64,000 nucleotides of DNA from NCBI RefSeq assembly GCF_006345805.1, contig NC_043019.1, positions 29,697,360 to 29,761,359 of the forward strand, written 5' to 3'. Shown in pieces: positions 13,126-26,700 of the stretch (position 1 is the first letter of the stretch; each line of letters begins with the position of its first letter). Position numbers and translations under genes: made by a program. Source of the stretch: Octopus sinensis (lineage: Eukaryota). The notes beneath the pieces are model-generated. The model did no database searches. It was given only the letters and a program-made list of their open reading frames with translations, and was not told where the DNA came from.

Positions 13126-13639
13126 TATTGGGTTGTCTGGAAAGTTTGTGCTGATTTATGATAGCTTACTTTTCGACCTAATTTAGAACATGATTGAGTC
13201 CATAAAATAGGATTTGACTACACCTCCATTTAGAGCACAGTTTAAGCTATCTTTTCATGGAAGAAGGTTTATGTTCCTATAACCCCTTGTTAATTCTGTA
13301 ACCCTTTAAAATGGAAGATAAAAAAGTTCATTTTCGGCACTTGATGCTTTGGGAACCAGACAAAAATTGCTGCAGCTCAGCTAGGATGTGTTACCCCACC
13401 CTCCATATTCACCAGATATTGCTCCTTCGGATTTCCACTTATTCAGGTCTCTGCAGAATAGTCTTGATGGTAAAAATTTCAATTCCTTGGATGACGTAAA
13501 AAGATACCTTGATGAATTCTTTGCCATGAAACCAGCTCAATTCTGGGAAGAGGGTATTTTCAAGTTAAAGGAAAGATGGAGACGCATTGTACAACAAAAT
13601 GGTTCATATATCGGCATGAACTTTCCGGACAACCCAATA
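13126..13639 (+). mobile_element. Internally deleted mariner element with both TIRs
   Basis: TA-TTGGGTTGTCTGGAAAGTTT ... AACTTTCCGGACAACCCAA-TA. N-terminal MEDKKVHFRHLMLWE is fused to the C-terminal HPPYSPDIAPSDFHLFRSLQNSLDGKNF...W...NGSY (mariner YSPDLAPSD motif). Confidence 0.93.
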
Positions 13640-15910
13640 AATTAGATTGAAGGGTTTCCATGAAAGAGAGTCTGGTAGAAGCAATTTTGTTCCTATCAAC
13701 AAATTTTGGATTCAGACTTTTGATATAACCCTGTTCTATAGATATGTTTCTTTAATAGTTTTTACATGCTTTTACAATATAATTTACATTTCATTTAGCC
13801 ATTTCACTATGTAATTAAATTTCAACTATTTCAGTAATGATATTAGATATCTACCAAAAAATAGAATTGGTATTTTCTGCAACTCTCATTGTCTCAGACT
13901 TGAAATATCTTAATAAAAAAATACTTTCAGTTAAGGGTAATCAAATTTTGAGTGAATATATTTGATTTCCATTAATAAATAGGTTAATGTAAAATTTCAT
14001 ATTTACATTTTTACACACTTAGAATTGCTTAAGTATGGAATAAATTACCTCCATCAGTTGTTAGCTGTTGATACCACTACATCCTTCAAAACTGCCATGC
14101 TTCCTGAAATTCACCACCAGTACACCTGATGCTCCCTATCCCCATATCTTCCTCCTTTCTTTATTTTAAGACTTTTTACCTGTTCACTTCTTGTGCATAT
14201 TCTATGTACTGTTCATGCAGTTTCGGTTACTTTTTCTGATTAGTTGTAGTGCACCTAAGCACTGTACACAATAAATTCATTATTATTATTATTATTTTTT
14301 ATTTAAATTTTAAATTTAAGCAATGCTTTAATTGCGAAATAGAAGAGTTATGTCTTAAACTAGTCATTTGTAAGACAAGGATGAGTCTTTCAGTTTTAAC
14401 TTCAATGTTTTTTACATTTTGGAACTGGTAAATACAGATGGTCCTTTTTTTTTCTATAATATTTTTATAGTTTTTATTTTTCATATCCTTTTACTTTATA
14501 GCTTTTAATAAAAACCTCTTTTTAATTTTGTTAAATTTTAATTTTATGCTTCTTTATTTCTGATAGGGTATATCTGATTTCTGCAGTAAAAGGGTTAAAG
14601 TAAAAATAGGAGACATTGGATCATGTGGTCTTGAATTCAGTGTAACTAGTAAAAAAAAGTAGGACAGTCATGGTTGAAGTGTCTTTGATCACTGGTTTGA
14701 CAAGGTCCCTTAACCCTTTCACTATGAAATTAAATTACATGTTTATGCCAGTAATGATGTTAAATATCTTTAAAAGAATAACTGGTATTTTCTGCAAGTC
14801 ACATTGCTTCAGTAAATTTGCCATATCTTAAGAGAAAATAGTTTCAAACATGACATTCAACAGAAAGTTAGATCGGTGTATGGAACTGCTTTCCACTGTT
14901 AAGGGTAATGAAATTTTGATAGGATATATCTGATTTATACAGCAAAAGGGTTAAGCAATAATTTGGAATTGTTTTAGTTTATAGTTCTAAAAACTTGTCA
15001 CCTCCTCTTCTTTGGTTTCCACTTCCTAATTGTTTACCTTACTGTAACCCTTTTTAAAAAAAAATAATAATAATAAAACAGCAGAAAAATCTCATTAACA
15101 CCTCTTGCAAAACTGTCAGCACACTTCAAAACTAGTTGCTATGGTTCCCTTTAAGGGAGTCGTTCAGTAAACTGGATTTTAAATTATTAATTTACTATCT
15201 TTCCTTTTTATCAAAACAAAACAAAAAAGGCTCATTTCTGTTTTCTTTCAAATAATTCCATCTCATATTATTTGTGTATCGTTTTTTTTTTTATATTTTT
15301 TTTTATCAACAGCTTTTTGTCTTGAAAAAAATACCACCTCAGGCAATATTAAATATTCCTTGCATTTGTTATTATGGATGAAGCAGGGAGCAGGCTTGTG
15401 TGCTTTAACTGATAAAGCAGTTGACTTGTGTGTTGGAGTAGGAGGAGGTGATTGAGTACAAGGAGGGTTAAGTTAGTTCAATGTAATCAATATATATTTT
15501 GTTGTTCTTTTAGCTTTTGTAGTGCTTGAAACAGTTCTGGATGAGTGAGTGGATGGAGATTGGATGATAAAATATTGTACAGAGGAATGTGTCAATTATG
15601 ACAATTAAGAGTAACTCTCCACCTACCCTTCCTTCCTTTCCTCCCCTCCCCTCCCCTATCCTTCTGAACCTTCCTGAAGCATTGATTAATGGATTAGAAT
15701 ACTATCACTAGAAATTCTGAAAAAAATAGATGTGACCTAACAGCTGTATGTATGCCCTGCTCTGGTCTAGCAGTTGTTCTGTACCATAGGATTTACCAGA
15801 TAAAAGTCATTCAGTGTATTTCTAAGGCAGTATTTTGGGAAGATTTTAAACTTTTTTTGGTACCAGTCCAACTGAGACTGTCCCTGGGTCTATTATATAA
15901 AGTACCTGTT

Positions 15911-16122
15911 TTAACCCTTATGGTACCAACCTGCCTCAATCCACTCATGGTTCTATGATACAAGCTTTCTGTTTTAAAATGATTTAAACTAAAACCTTAA
16001 TTTATGCTGCAAACACCAGCTTAATAAGGAAGGAACTATTTTAATAAATTCTTCATTATTTTCGAAATTAGTTAAAACATAAGCGGTGTATTTCGACAGA
16101 AATATGGTAACAAACAGGTTAA
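15911..16122. mobile_element. piggyBac-type MITE family C
   Basis: TTAA-CCCTTATGGTACC ... GGTAACAAACAGG-TTAA; related sequence at about 1915-2126 and 16123-16292. Confidence 0.65.
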
Positions 16123-16734
16123 AGTGATATGAATTTTAAAAAAAAACCTTCCCTCAAGATTCCATGTTAATTTATGCTCCAGGCATCCGCTTAATAGTGA
16201 CAAAATTATTTTGCTAATTTTTTCATTATTTTCAAAATTAATTGATAGAAAAAGAGTCTATTTCAACAGAAAATGCTGACAAAAGAGTTAATTTGCAATC
16301 AAAAAGAAATCATCCATTTAACTTCTGTGGCTCCTAAGGTAAATGAGATATGGTGCAGGGAGAATGCCATATAATTAAGGTTACTTCTCCATCTTCGTGT
16401 AATTCTAGATTCAATCCCACCTGTATACAGCACTTTACACAAGTGTTTTCTGTCATTATCTTGTATCAGTCTAAGCCTTAAGAGTGAAATATTAAATTGA
16501 GTAGATGGAACTGCGTGTCATCAGATAGTCTGTGCTTTATGTGTTATAGTTTCTTCCTCACTACCAGTAAAGGTATATGGCTTAGTAGTTAGTATATTTT
16601 GGCTCACTGTCATGAATTTGTGAGTTTGATTTGGATCGTAGAGTGACCGGCTTTTCTTGAGGAACCTGTTGAGTCAAGTTCGTCAACATCAAAAATTCGA
16701 ATGGTAATTGTTGTAGTTAAGACACCAGTGCTGG

Positions 16735-17031
16735 TGACACGTTAAAGCACTGTTCGAGCATGGCAGTTACTAGCGTCCGTGTCGGTGACACGTAAAAGCA
16801 CCAGCCGATCGTGGCCGTTTGCCAGCCTGCTCTGGCTCCTGTGCCGGTGGCACGTAAAAAACACCCACTACACTCACGGAGTGGATGGCGTTAGGAAGGG
16901 CATCCAGCTGTAGAAACATTGCCGAATCAGACTGGAGCCTGGTGCAGCCTCCATGGCTTACCAGACCCCGGTCGAACCATCCAACCCATACTAGGATGGA
17001 AAACGGACGTTAAATGACGATGATGATGATG
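16735..17031 (+). mobile_element. SINE/LINE-tail family 3 ending in (GAT)n
   Basis: ggcacgtaaaa..cccactacactc..ggcgttaggaagggcatccagctgtagaaac..cggacgttaaatgacgatgatg; copies at about 25558-25900 (-), 37490-37712, 58672-58817, 59838-60119 and 63455-63740 (-). Confidence 0.85.
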
Positions 17032-17537
17032 ATTCCCAGCAGTTCGTAGTATCCTTGAGCAAGACACTTTACTTGATGCTGTTCCACTCTACTCAGCTGG
17101 CAAAAATGAGTTGTATCTGTAGTTCAAAGGGCCAGGTTGTTACATTTGATGTGTCTATGGATTGCTCAACCACTTGCACACAAATTTCGCAGGCAGGTTG
17201 TTATGTTGATTGGCTCAACTGGAACATTCTTCACCATAATCCAGTCAGTCTTCCCTATCGCCACCTTCAGTTTCAAGTCTGCCTTCCCTCCTAGATGCTG
17301 CTCATGATAGATCGTTAGCCCCTACACACATTTTTTTTTCTCTCCTTGTTTTTTCTGTGTCCCTTTCTGTAGAAGAGCGTAGACTTTTTCTATTCCTGAG
17401 CGTTATACTAATACATCTGTTTGTTTTGTACACCACCTGTCTTCGTCTTTTGTTTTTTTCGTAAACTCTCCCTATATTTACATATATATATATATTAACT
17501 AGTAACCTAACCTGTTTTTGTTTTCTTTTTTCCACAG

Positions 17538-17606
17538 GATCAGGACCTGCGAGTCCTGTTGCCAGTCCCTTAAGTCAGCGCAGTGGCTCAGGTGATGAAA
17601 AATCTG
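17538..17606 (+). CDS. LEO1: LEO1 in-window exon 1 (phase 1-1), [22 protein letters not shown]
   Basis: Long T-rich tract ending ccacag|, donor |gtaaaa, 69 nt, S/G/P composition matching the next exon. Confidence 0.8.
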
Positions 17607-17724
17607 GTAAAATAAAACTAATTCTTTATACTGATTTGGTTTTTCTGTGCAAATATCAATTGTATGACTTTAACACAGTGTTAAAAAAAAATAAATAAAT
17701 AAGTTACTTCTACTTGTTGAAAGC

Positions 17725-17772
<48 letters not shown>

Positions 17773-20700
17773 GCAGGAGTGGCCGTGTGGTAAGCAGCCT
17801 GCTTACCAAACCACATGGTCCCAGGTTCAGTCCCAATGTGTGGCACTTCGGACAAGTCTCTTCTACTATAGCCTTGAGCCAACCAAAGCCTTGTGAGTGG
17901 ATTTGGTAGACGGAAACTGAAAGAACCCCATTGTGTGTGTGTAATATATATATATGTGTGTGTGTGTATATATATATATGTTAGTGTGTGTGTGTATGTA
18001 TGTATATATCTTATGGTGACTACTCCATCTTTACAGATGATAGCCATCTCCTTGTGTATCTGCGTTGTCAGTGACATTTCTGACTTCCCATCCATGGCCT
18101 CTCAGATGACTGTTCAGTCTTGTTGCAGATCTACATGGCTTAAAGCATAGGTGACAGGTTTGCATATGTCACCATTCTTCCATTGCCATAGAACTTTCAG
18201 TAGATGGAATGACAAATGAGGTCACCATAAAAACATTTGTACATCATTGAATTATAGTGGTACAACACTTGTACAACATGAGTACCACTCTTGGAGTCTC
18301 TGTGATTAGTACCTAGTGACAGGTCCAAGCAACAATACCAGTAATTACATGGAACTGCAGGTTTTACATTGGAGAGGTACATGGCTGCATCATTAAGAAT
18401 TTCTCTTTAAAACTACATAGTTTTAGGTTCGGTCCTCTGTGTGGCAACTTGGGCAAGTGTATTCTACTATAGCCCCAGGCTGACCTCTGCCTTGTGTATA
18501 ATTTCTGTCTTAACAAATTTCACTCAGAGTTGGCTTTGATAAAATGAAACCTATGGTAACAGATACTTCTCCAAGGTCCTGCATAGTGATTGGAAACTCT
18601 GAACCATGTGATTGTGAAGTGAACATTCTTAATACATACCTGCACACATTTTAAAATGCACTACATTATTTAATGTGCCCTTCCTTATTTTTAAGATGGT
18701 AGGGTGTTATGTGATAGAGATTTCACTGTTATTTCTTGGAGGTTGAGTAACTGTGTAGAAGCTACTTTTGTTCATGTGTGTGTGTGTGTGTGTTTGTTTG
18801 TTTTTGTATGTTATAATAAAAACAATTTTACATTAATCTGAAGGGTTAATCTATACTTCTCTTTATGTGTTGAAATTTAAAGGTACATCAAATGTAACCC
18901 CTTCTTGTTTGTTAAAGTGATATAGTTGATGTTCAGTATTTTAAAATTTAAGGAGCAAAAATCTTCTCTATAAAACATTTAGTTGATATTTTTTGCTTAT
19001 AATTTTGTTATTCTTCTTTGTTCTCGTTTTATAATCTAGGAAGTGGTTCTGGGTCAAATGCAGATTCCGGTTCAGATAATGAAGGAAGCATTCGTTCTGC
19101 AGCAGCTTCAGCGAAGAGCGGAGCTGGTAGTGGCCAAGAAAGTGGCTCAGACAGTGCACCTGGATCTCCAAGAGAGAGCGGTTCTGAACCCGGGAGTCCA
19201 GCCAGAAGTGATCGTAGCAGGTCTGGTAGCCCTGCAGGGTCTGCTGCTTCATCAGTTCGTAGTGGTAGTGGAGATAGGTCTAGAGGTAGCAGCCCTGCTG
19301 AAAGTGATCGTGGGAGCCAGCGGAGCAGCAGAGCAAGCAGTCCAGCAAAGAGTGAAGCCAGTTCAGCCCCTCAAAGTCCCAGTGTAGATGGTAGCCAAGC
19401 TGCATCTCCAGCTCCTAGTAACGCTAGCCAGCCTGGTTCACCTGAAGCGAGTGATGTAAGTAGACCTGCTTCTCCAGCAGGAAGTGATGGCAGTCAGCCA
19501 GCCTCTCCTGTTCAAAGTGATGCTAGTAGGGCAGGCTCCCCAGCTAGTGATTCCAGTCGTCCTGGCTCTCCCAACCAAAGTGATGCCAGTGAAGCCAGAT
19601 CTTCTAATCAAAGTGATGGTAGTCGACCTGGGTCCCCAGCACCAAGTGAGGGCAGTCAAGCACCTTCTGTTGCACAGAGTGATGTCAGTAAACCAGGGTC
19701 GCCAGCAGGTAGTGATGCAAGTACACCAGCTTCACCCGCGGGTAGTAATATCAGCCGACCTGCTTCACCACATAGTGACGGTAGTAGGCCAGCTTCTCCC
19801 GCTGAGAGCAATGAAAGCCGCGCTGCTTCTGTTCGGAGTGATCAGAGCCCTCCACCATCAGTGGCTCGCAGTGATGCAGCTAGCCATGCTGGCGATAAAG
19901 ACAGTGCGCCTGAAGATGATGATGACGATGATAATAAAATGGAAATTGATAAGGCAAGTCGAGAAGATGATAACAGAAGTGATGATGAGAAGAGTGTTAG
20001 TAGTGTTGAGAGGAGAAAGTCTGTAACTGATACTGAAGATAAAGAGAGATCAGACGAAGAAAAGGTATCTGAAAGAGCTGGTAGTGATGATGATCTGGAG
20101 GTGGATAAACACAAGTCTGATGACGAAGGCCATGTCTCCGACAAAGGATCAGAATATGAAAGTGCAAAAAGGGGCAGCGATGACGAAGGCCATATCTCCG
20201 ACAAGGGGTCAGACAATGGAAGTGTGAGAAGAGGCAGTGATGATGATGCCAAGTCAGATAAAGGTTCTGTAGCCAGCAGTGCCAAAGATCACAGTGATGA
20301 TGAGAACAAGTCTGATGCTGGCAGTGGTAAAGCTGACAGTGACGATTCTGGTGCTGAGTATCGGAAGAAGAAAAAGAAACGAAAACTGTCTGGTAAGTTC
20401 CAATTTACCATTCTTCATAGTTTGTTTTGAAACTCTGTTTAACGTAGTTAATAATAATTAAATACTGAATTTTAATTACTGTTGTTTAACACCAAATTAG
20501 CATCAATTCAAAAGACATGATCAGTGACATTCCAGCCATGATCAGTCTATGTTTCTGTATATGAGACTACTCTGTCCAATGCAATCTTGTTATAAAACAC
20601 TTTGATGTGATTTAAGGGAGATTTGACTGCTGTTTCTAGCAGATCGAATGACCACATAAAGTATCCCTCATTAGTGCATGCTTTTTAATTTGTTCACAAT

Positions 20701-23700
20701 GTCTCTCTATAGTTAAGGTGCTGGACTACTCATTACGTGGTCAGAAGTTCAAATCTTATTTCAGCCAGTGTGTTATATCTCTTTCAATGAAGGTACATAA
20801 CTCTGCTGGTTCTAGTTTACCTGGCTGAGCCAATATAACCATCCTACTTCACTACTGAGCAGTTAGTAGTAGAAAGGACCTTTCTCTGAAAACAAAATTG
20901 CAGCCGTTTAATCCTGTCTTTAACAATTTTTGTCTAACATCTGGTTAGCTGATGTTAACTTTCAAGTTTGAAATAGTCTCCTTTTCAAAATTAAGAATAT
21001 TTTTCCATTCATTAAATTTGAAAATAAATTTTTGAATTTATACTTGTTATGGATGACCTGCCACCTGTGGGAGTTTCTGTATGGTATGTCTAACAAAAAA
21101 ATTACATTGCATTTTGTTAGTAGTGTGACTTGCCTGATAATAAGTCATGTCGCATGCAGTATAAACACTCAAACATCGTCACTATTTTTCCAAATACTGC
21201 TGCATTTCACATAGAATTTTTGGTCCTCCAAAGTCGTCTTGGTGTACAAGTCAACCTACCTTTTATTTTTGGCTGTAAATCTTATGTCTAAAAAATTTTG
21301 CCTTTATGCCAGAAAATTCAGTAATATTTTCCATATATTTAAGTGAGGAGATGTTACAGAATTTTGTGTTATCCATTCTCTATCAGATAATTTTTGGTCC
21401 TCCAAAGTCGTCTTGGTGTACAAGTCAACCTACCTTTTATTTTTGGCTGTAAATCTTATGTCTAAAAAATTTTGCCTTTATGCCAGAACATACAGTAATA
21501 TTTTCCATATATTTAAGTGAGGAGATGTTACAGAATTTTGTGTTAACCATTCTCTATCAGATGCTGAATCTCATGCAAGCAGTGCTGACAGTGAGTCAGA
21601 AGGAAGGATGAGAAAAAAGAAGCAACAGATTTCTAGTGATGAAGAGGATGGTGACGACAAAAGGAAAAGTTCTGATGATGAGAATAACCTTGGTAAAATT
21701 ATTTTCTCATTACATATTCAACTAAATGTATATTTAAAACCTTTCATTGCATTGAATTTTTCTTTTTATTAGTGTTAGGAAGGGCATCCAGCCATAAAAA
21801 CCACGCCAAAACAGACACAGAAGTTTGGCACAGTCGTCTGCCTGCCCAGTTCCCGTCAAACTGTTCAGCCCATGTCAGTATGGAAAGCAGACTTTAAACA
21901 ATGATGATGAGCCATGTCTCATGTGGCCCATTTCTTGAAAAAGGTTGCATGTGCCTGCTCTAGAATGTACAGAGAATTTTTGTGACATATTTTGGGTAAA
22001 ACTGTTTTATCCAAACAAACAGGAGTGTCTTTTCTGACTTGTGTGAAACATCACGTAATATGGTTCTGAGTCAGACTGTTAATACAATTAAACTCTGAAA
22101 CACTTTGATTGCTGTTTCCTTTCATTTGTGCATTTGTTTGTGTGTGTGTGTATGTATGTTTGTGTGTGTGTGTATGTATAGGCGCAGGAGTGGCTGTGTG
22201 GTAAGTAGCTTGCTAACCAACCACATGGTTCCGGGTTCAGTCCCACTGTGTGGCACCTTGGGCAAGTGTCTTCTGCTATAGCCCCAGGCCGACCAATGCC
22301 TTGTGAGTGGATTTGGTAGACGGAAACTGAAAGAAGCCTGTCGTATATATGTATATATATGTATGTGTGTGTTTGTGTGTCTGTGTTTGTCCCCTAGCAT
22401 TGCTTGACAACCGATGCTGGTGTGTTTATGTCCCCGTTACTTAGCGGTTCGGCAAAAGAGACCGATAGAATAAGTACTGGGCTTACAAAAGAATAAGTCC
22501 CGGGGTCGAGTTGCTCGATTAAAAACGGTGCTCCAGCATGGCCGCAGTCAAATGACTGAAACAAGTAAAAGAGTATGTATGTGTGTGTGTATTATCATTA
22601 TCACATGCACAGGATGGCCGTGTGGTAACAAGTTTGCTTCCCAACCACATAGTTCCAGGTTCAGTCTCATTGGATCGGACCTTAGGTAAATGTCTCTTAC
22701 TGTATGTAGGCCTGGGGTGACCATAGCTTTGTGAGTGGGCTTGGTTGACAGAAGCTAAACAGAAGCTTGTTGTGTGTGTGTCTTTGTCTTGACAATGCAT
22801 AATAGTTCCAAATGATTGTCACTGTCACACAAGCACTGTCATCTCTATATATATAAACGGCAAAATGTCTGTCTGTGTGTGTGTCCTTTATACAAATCCA
22901 CAATTTTTCAGTTAGAGGGCTCGCACTTTCTATGGTCATTCAAAACCGTCCAAGGGGGGGTCGTGCACATCTTTACATTTCCCCAGTCACTTCGCAAAGC
23001 CATTAAAAAATCAATAGAAGTGACTTTTTTGTGAATTTTCTATCCAAAACCCAATCAAAATGCCCGAAACTTGATACGCCAATTGAATGCCAGCTAGCTG
23101 TATGTGATTGGTCGGAGATTTGGACAGTACTCGCGTGTATGTGCACATGCACTAGCACTATGACCCGGCGTTGCTGGGTCATAGTGCTAGTTTCCAATAT
23201 TCTGCAAGGATATTCTGGTCATGTGGAGATATTACCTTGCTTGGTGATAGGAAGAGCATCTAGCCATTGAAAATCTGCTTCAATAAACTCCATCCAACCT
23301 ATGCAAGTATGAGAAAGTGGATATTCAAATGTTGATGATGTGGCGATATATGTGTACTTAGTTTTTCTTCTTCCTTTGTCTACCAGCCACAGCAGATGCT
23401 ATATTTGGTGATATGGATGACGTCTCCTCAGATGAAGATAAAGACGAAGAAAGTAAAACGGTAATTTTTTTTTTCTTTTGTTATGGACAAAGAACATTTT
23501 GGAATTTTAACTACAAGAAATCTTGAAAGCAGTGCCCCAGTATGGCAGTATGGCCACAGTTCATTTACTGAAGCCAGTCAGAGAATATACCATATTCATT
23601 CTTTGGATCTTGGGAATGAATTAGATATTCTCTTATTTCTTTTATTGTTTTCTGTCTCTGGACAACAGCCATACTGAGACATGCCTTTTAAGGCATAGAT

Positions 23701-26700
23701 GACTTATTTTATAATGCTCAGACTCAATGAAAGATATCATAGTCATAGCTATGATCTGAACTCAAAGCATAAAGAAGATATAACCAAAAAGCACAAGCTA
23801 TTTTGCCTACTACTCTACACATGCTGACATCTACTTACAGTATAAGAGTCTATTTAAATTTTGTTGTAGCTAGGAAGAGTCATTATACCAGTATAATTCA
23901 CACACGCACTGGTTCAATTCCATCTTGACTCTGCCTAGACACAACAAAATTTGTTTCAACATGCAGATTCCCATAAAGAATCTGCAAACCAGATACAAAA
24001 ATGAAGTATATTTAAAGTTGGTCAAAATAAATAAATATAAAGAAGGATTTAATATTCACTTGAACACACTAACATTTCTAGCTAAATATTTGCTGTTTTA
24101 TTCCAGTCAATCAGTAGGTTGTATCTTTGCTGGAGCCCAGCCATTATGTTGGGGTCTGTTTTGTTTTTTTCTGACCCTTTTCTTCTCAGAGGAGTCTTCA
24201 TCTTACCCATTGTATCATATTCTATCCCAGACAAAACCTTTAATTGAAGATGAAGATGAAGAAGGAGGAGAAGGTGAAGGCGATGGAGAAGCAGGAACTG
24301 CGGCCCCACCAGAAGAGGAACCTCCGGAGACAATGATTGAAGTTGAAATTCCACGTATTGTTACCAAACTAGGCAAATCCCTTCATTATGTCAAACTACC
24401 AAATTTCCTCAGTGTTGAAACAAGGTTATTTATTCACATCTTATATCTGTTCATTTATTTTTAAACTCAAATCCACAACAATTATTTGGTTCTCTGTGAA
24501 ATCATTACTGGTTAATTATACTGCGATAAATACATTGCCTGTAATTTCATTGTCAGCTAATGCATCGTCAATAAATTTAGCATCATACCAAATGAATCTC
24601 AGCAGTAAACTGTTCATAATTACTTTTATTCACAAAATAATACTTTAATAAGCATTCATCATCATCATCATCATCATTATTTAACCCTCTGGCTTTCAGA
24701 TTACTCTGTCAAATGTAATGTTTATTTATTCACGTCATTTCGAATTAATCCTACTTTATCTTGTAGCTTCAAGAATTTAACGATGTGATTGTTTATTTTT
24801 AGAATGACATTGTAATGTTGGTGTGAGAGGCCATATCTGGTCGGTTTGAGTATAAAGTATGTAGAATATGTGAGCCAGATACGGCTGGTTTAACTGCAAA
24901 AGGGTTAGTGTCCACTTCCCATACTGGCATAGATTGGACTGTTTGACAGGAGCTGGCAAGCCAGAAGACTGCATCAGACTTTACTGTCTGCTTTGACATG
25001 GTCTCTATGGCTGGATGCCATTTCTAATACCAGCTACTTTACAGAGTGTACCGAGTGCTTTCTACATGGTACCAGCACTCTTTAACAAGGAAATTTGAAG
25101 ACAACAAAAACATAATCCATCCTACAGTCAGGAAATATTTAGAAATCTTATAAAAGGAACAATCAAAAAGCAATATAATAATTGACCATTGTATTGCTTC
25201 AAGAATTCAACATGTCCTTATGAATATCAAAATTACAAAACACTTCAAAATTTTCTTCCTTCCTCCAGTTTAAAATCGTATATTATCTTTTTACAGCAAG
25301 TAAATACCAAATTTATTTGCAGTAAAAAGTGGTATTCACTGACCACTAGGGCAGGTGCCCTCTCCTCGGCTTACAGGTTCATGCACTGAACAGGCCCGTT
25401 CACTCAGACTGTTTTTGAGCTTCTTGTCCATATTTCAACAAATTTGCTCGAAGGCAAGACTTACCTCTCCACCCTCATTATCCTCTTCAAGTGAAACTTG
25501 AAACAGTTGACAAGGACTTAGCCAAATAAAGATGTTCGTCTTCAGCTCTTTCAGACATCGTCATCGCCGTTTGACATCTGCTTTCCATGCTGGCATGGGT
25601 TGGACGGTTTGACTGAGGGCCGATGAACCAGAAGGCTACACCAGGCTCCAATCCGATCTGGCAATGTTTCTACAGCTGGAAGCCCTTCCTAATGCCAACC
25701 ACTCCAAGAGTGTAGTGGGTGCTTTTTACGTGCCACCGGCACGAGAGACAGTCAGGCAGTACTGGTATCAGCCACACATGAATGGTTCTTTTTACGTGCC
25801 ACCGGCACAGAAGCCAGTCAGGCAGTACTGGCAACAACCATGCTCGAATGGTGCTTTTTACATGCCACCAGCTCGGGACCATTCAGCCAGCACTGGCTGT
25901 TAATTGATAAAATTTATATCCATATATATGTCTGTATTTATTTATGTATGTGTGTGTGTGTAATATATCTGTTATCTTTTATAAAGTATATATTGTACTT
26001 CTAGAACTACTTTGTCCATTCATTTTTTTAAGCTTTTAACATCTTAGCTGACCAGATGTGGCCTCTCACACTACCCTACAATGTCATTCTAAAAATAAAC
26101 AAACGCCTCATCGAAATGTTGAAGCTATGAGATAATACATGATTAATTCAAAGGAGTGTCAATAAATAAGCATTACATTCGAAATCTGAATGCTGAAGGG
26201 TTAAGACATGGAGTGTGCTTTGAGGGAGGTAGATTTGGCTGGTATTCCCAACTGGTTGCGTGAACCCCACCCTCACCCCACCCGCTTCACAGGGTGGGAA
26301 TGCGTTTTATGTTAGCGTGCGTGGGAGGTATGGATTTGGTTTTGTCTTTACATGTGTATGAGTGTGTGTGTATATAAGTAGAGAGATCATTATGAGTAAG
26401 GAGTGGGGGTGGGTGTATTTTTCCTGTTTTGCTCATCCGATGGTGTCTTGTTTTAAAATGAGTGATGTGTGTGTGGAACAAAGGAAGTAACAGCCAGTTC
26501 ATACATAATAATTCACTTGCAGCTAATTTGGACATCCCACATTAAATAACACTTCATTCATCTCTCTCTCTCTCTTCCTCTCTTTTTTTATTATTCCATC
26601 TGTTTTTATTATTGTTGTTGTTAATGAGTGAGAGAGCAGAACACACCATCAAAGTGATGCTTTGGTTGTTATTATTATTATTGTTGTTATTCTTCTTCTT

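Noticed and set aside
19043-20285. Overlapping ORFs 19043-19387 (+), 19438-19659 (-), 19484-20026 (+) and 19842-20285 (-)
   Set aside because: Shadow frames of the repetitive, stop-poor LEO1 exon; no independent splice or start evidence
22180-22260. tRNA-like A-box/B-box heads (also 29820-29886 and 34141-34230)
   Set aside because: They continue into SINE bodies and do not form complete cloverleaves; not tRNA genes
25330-25560. Degenerate hammerhead-like stem (caag-tgaaa-cttg-aaac) and a stop-riddled minus-strand frame resembling a transposase
   Set aside because: The CUGANGA core is absent and the frame is too decayed to assign
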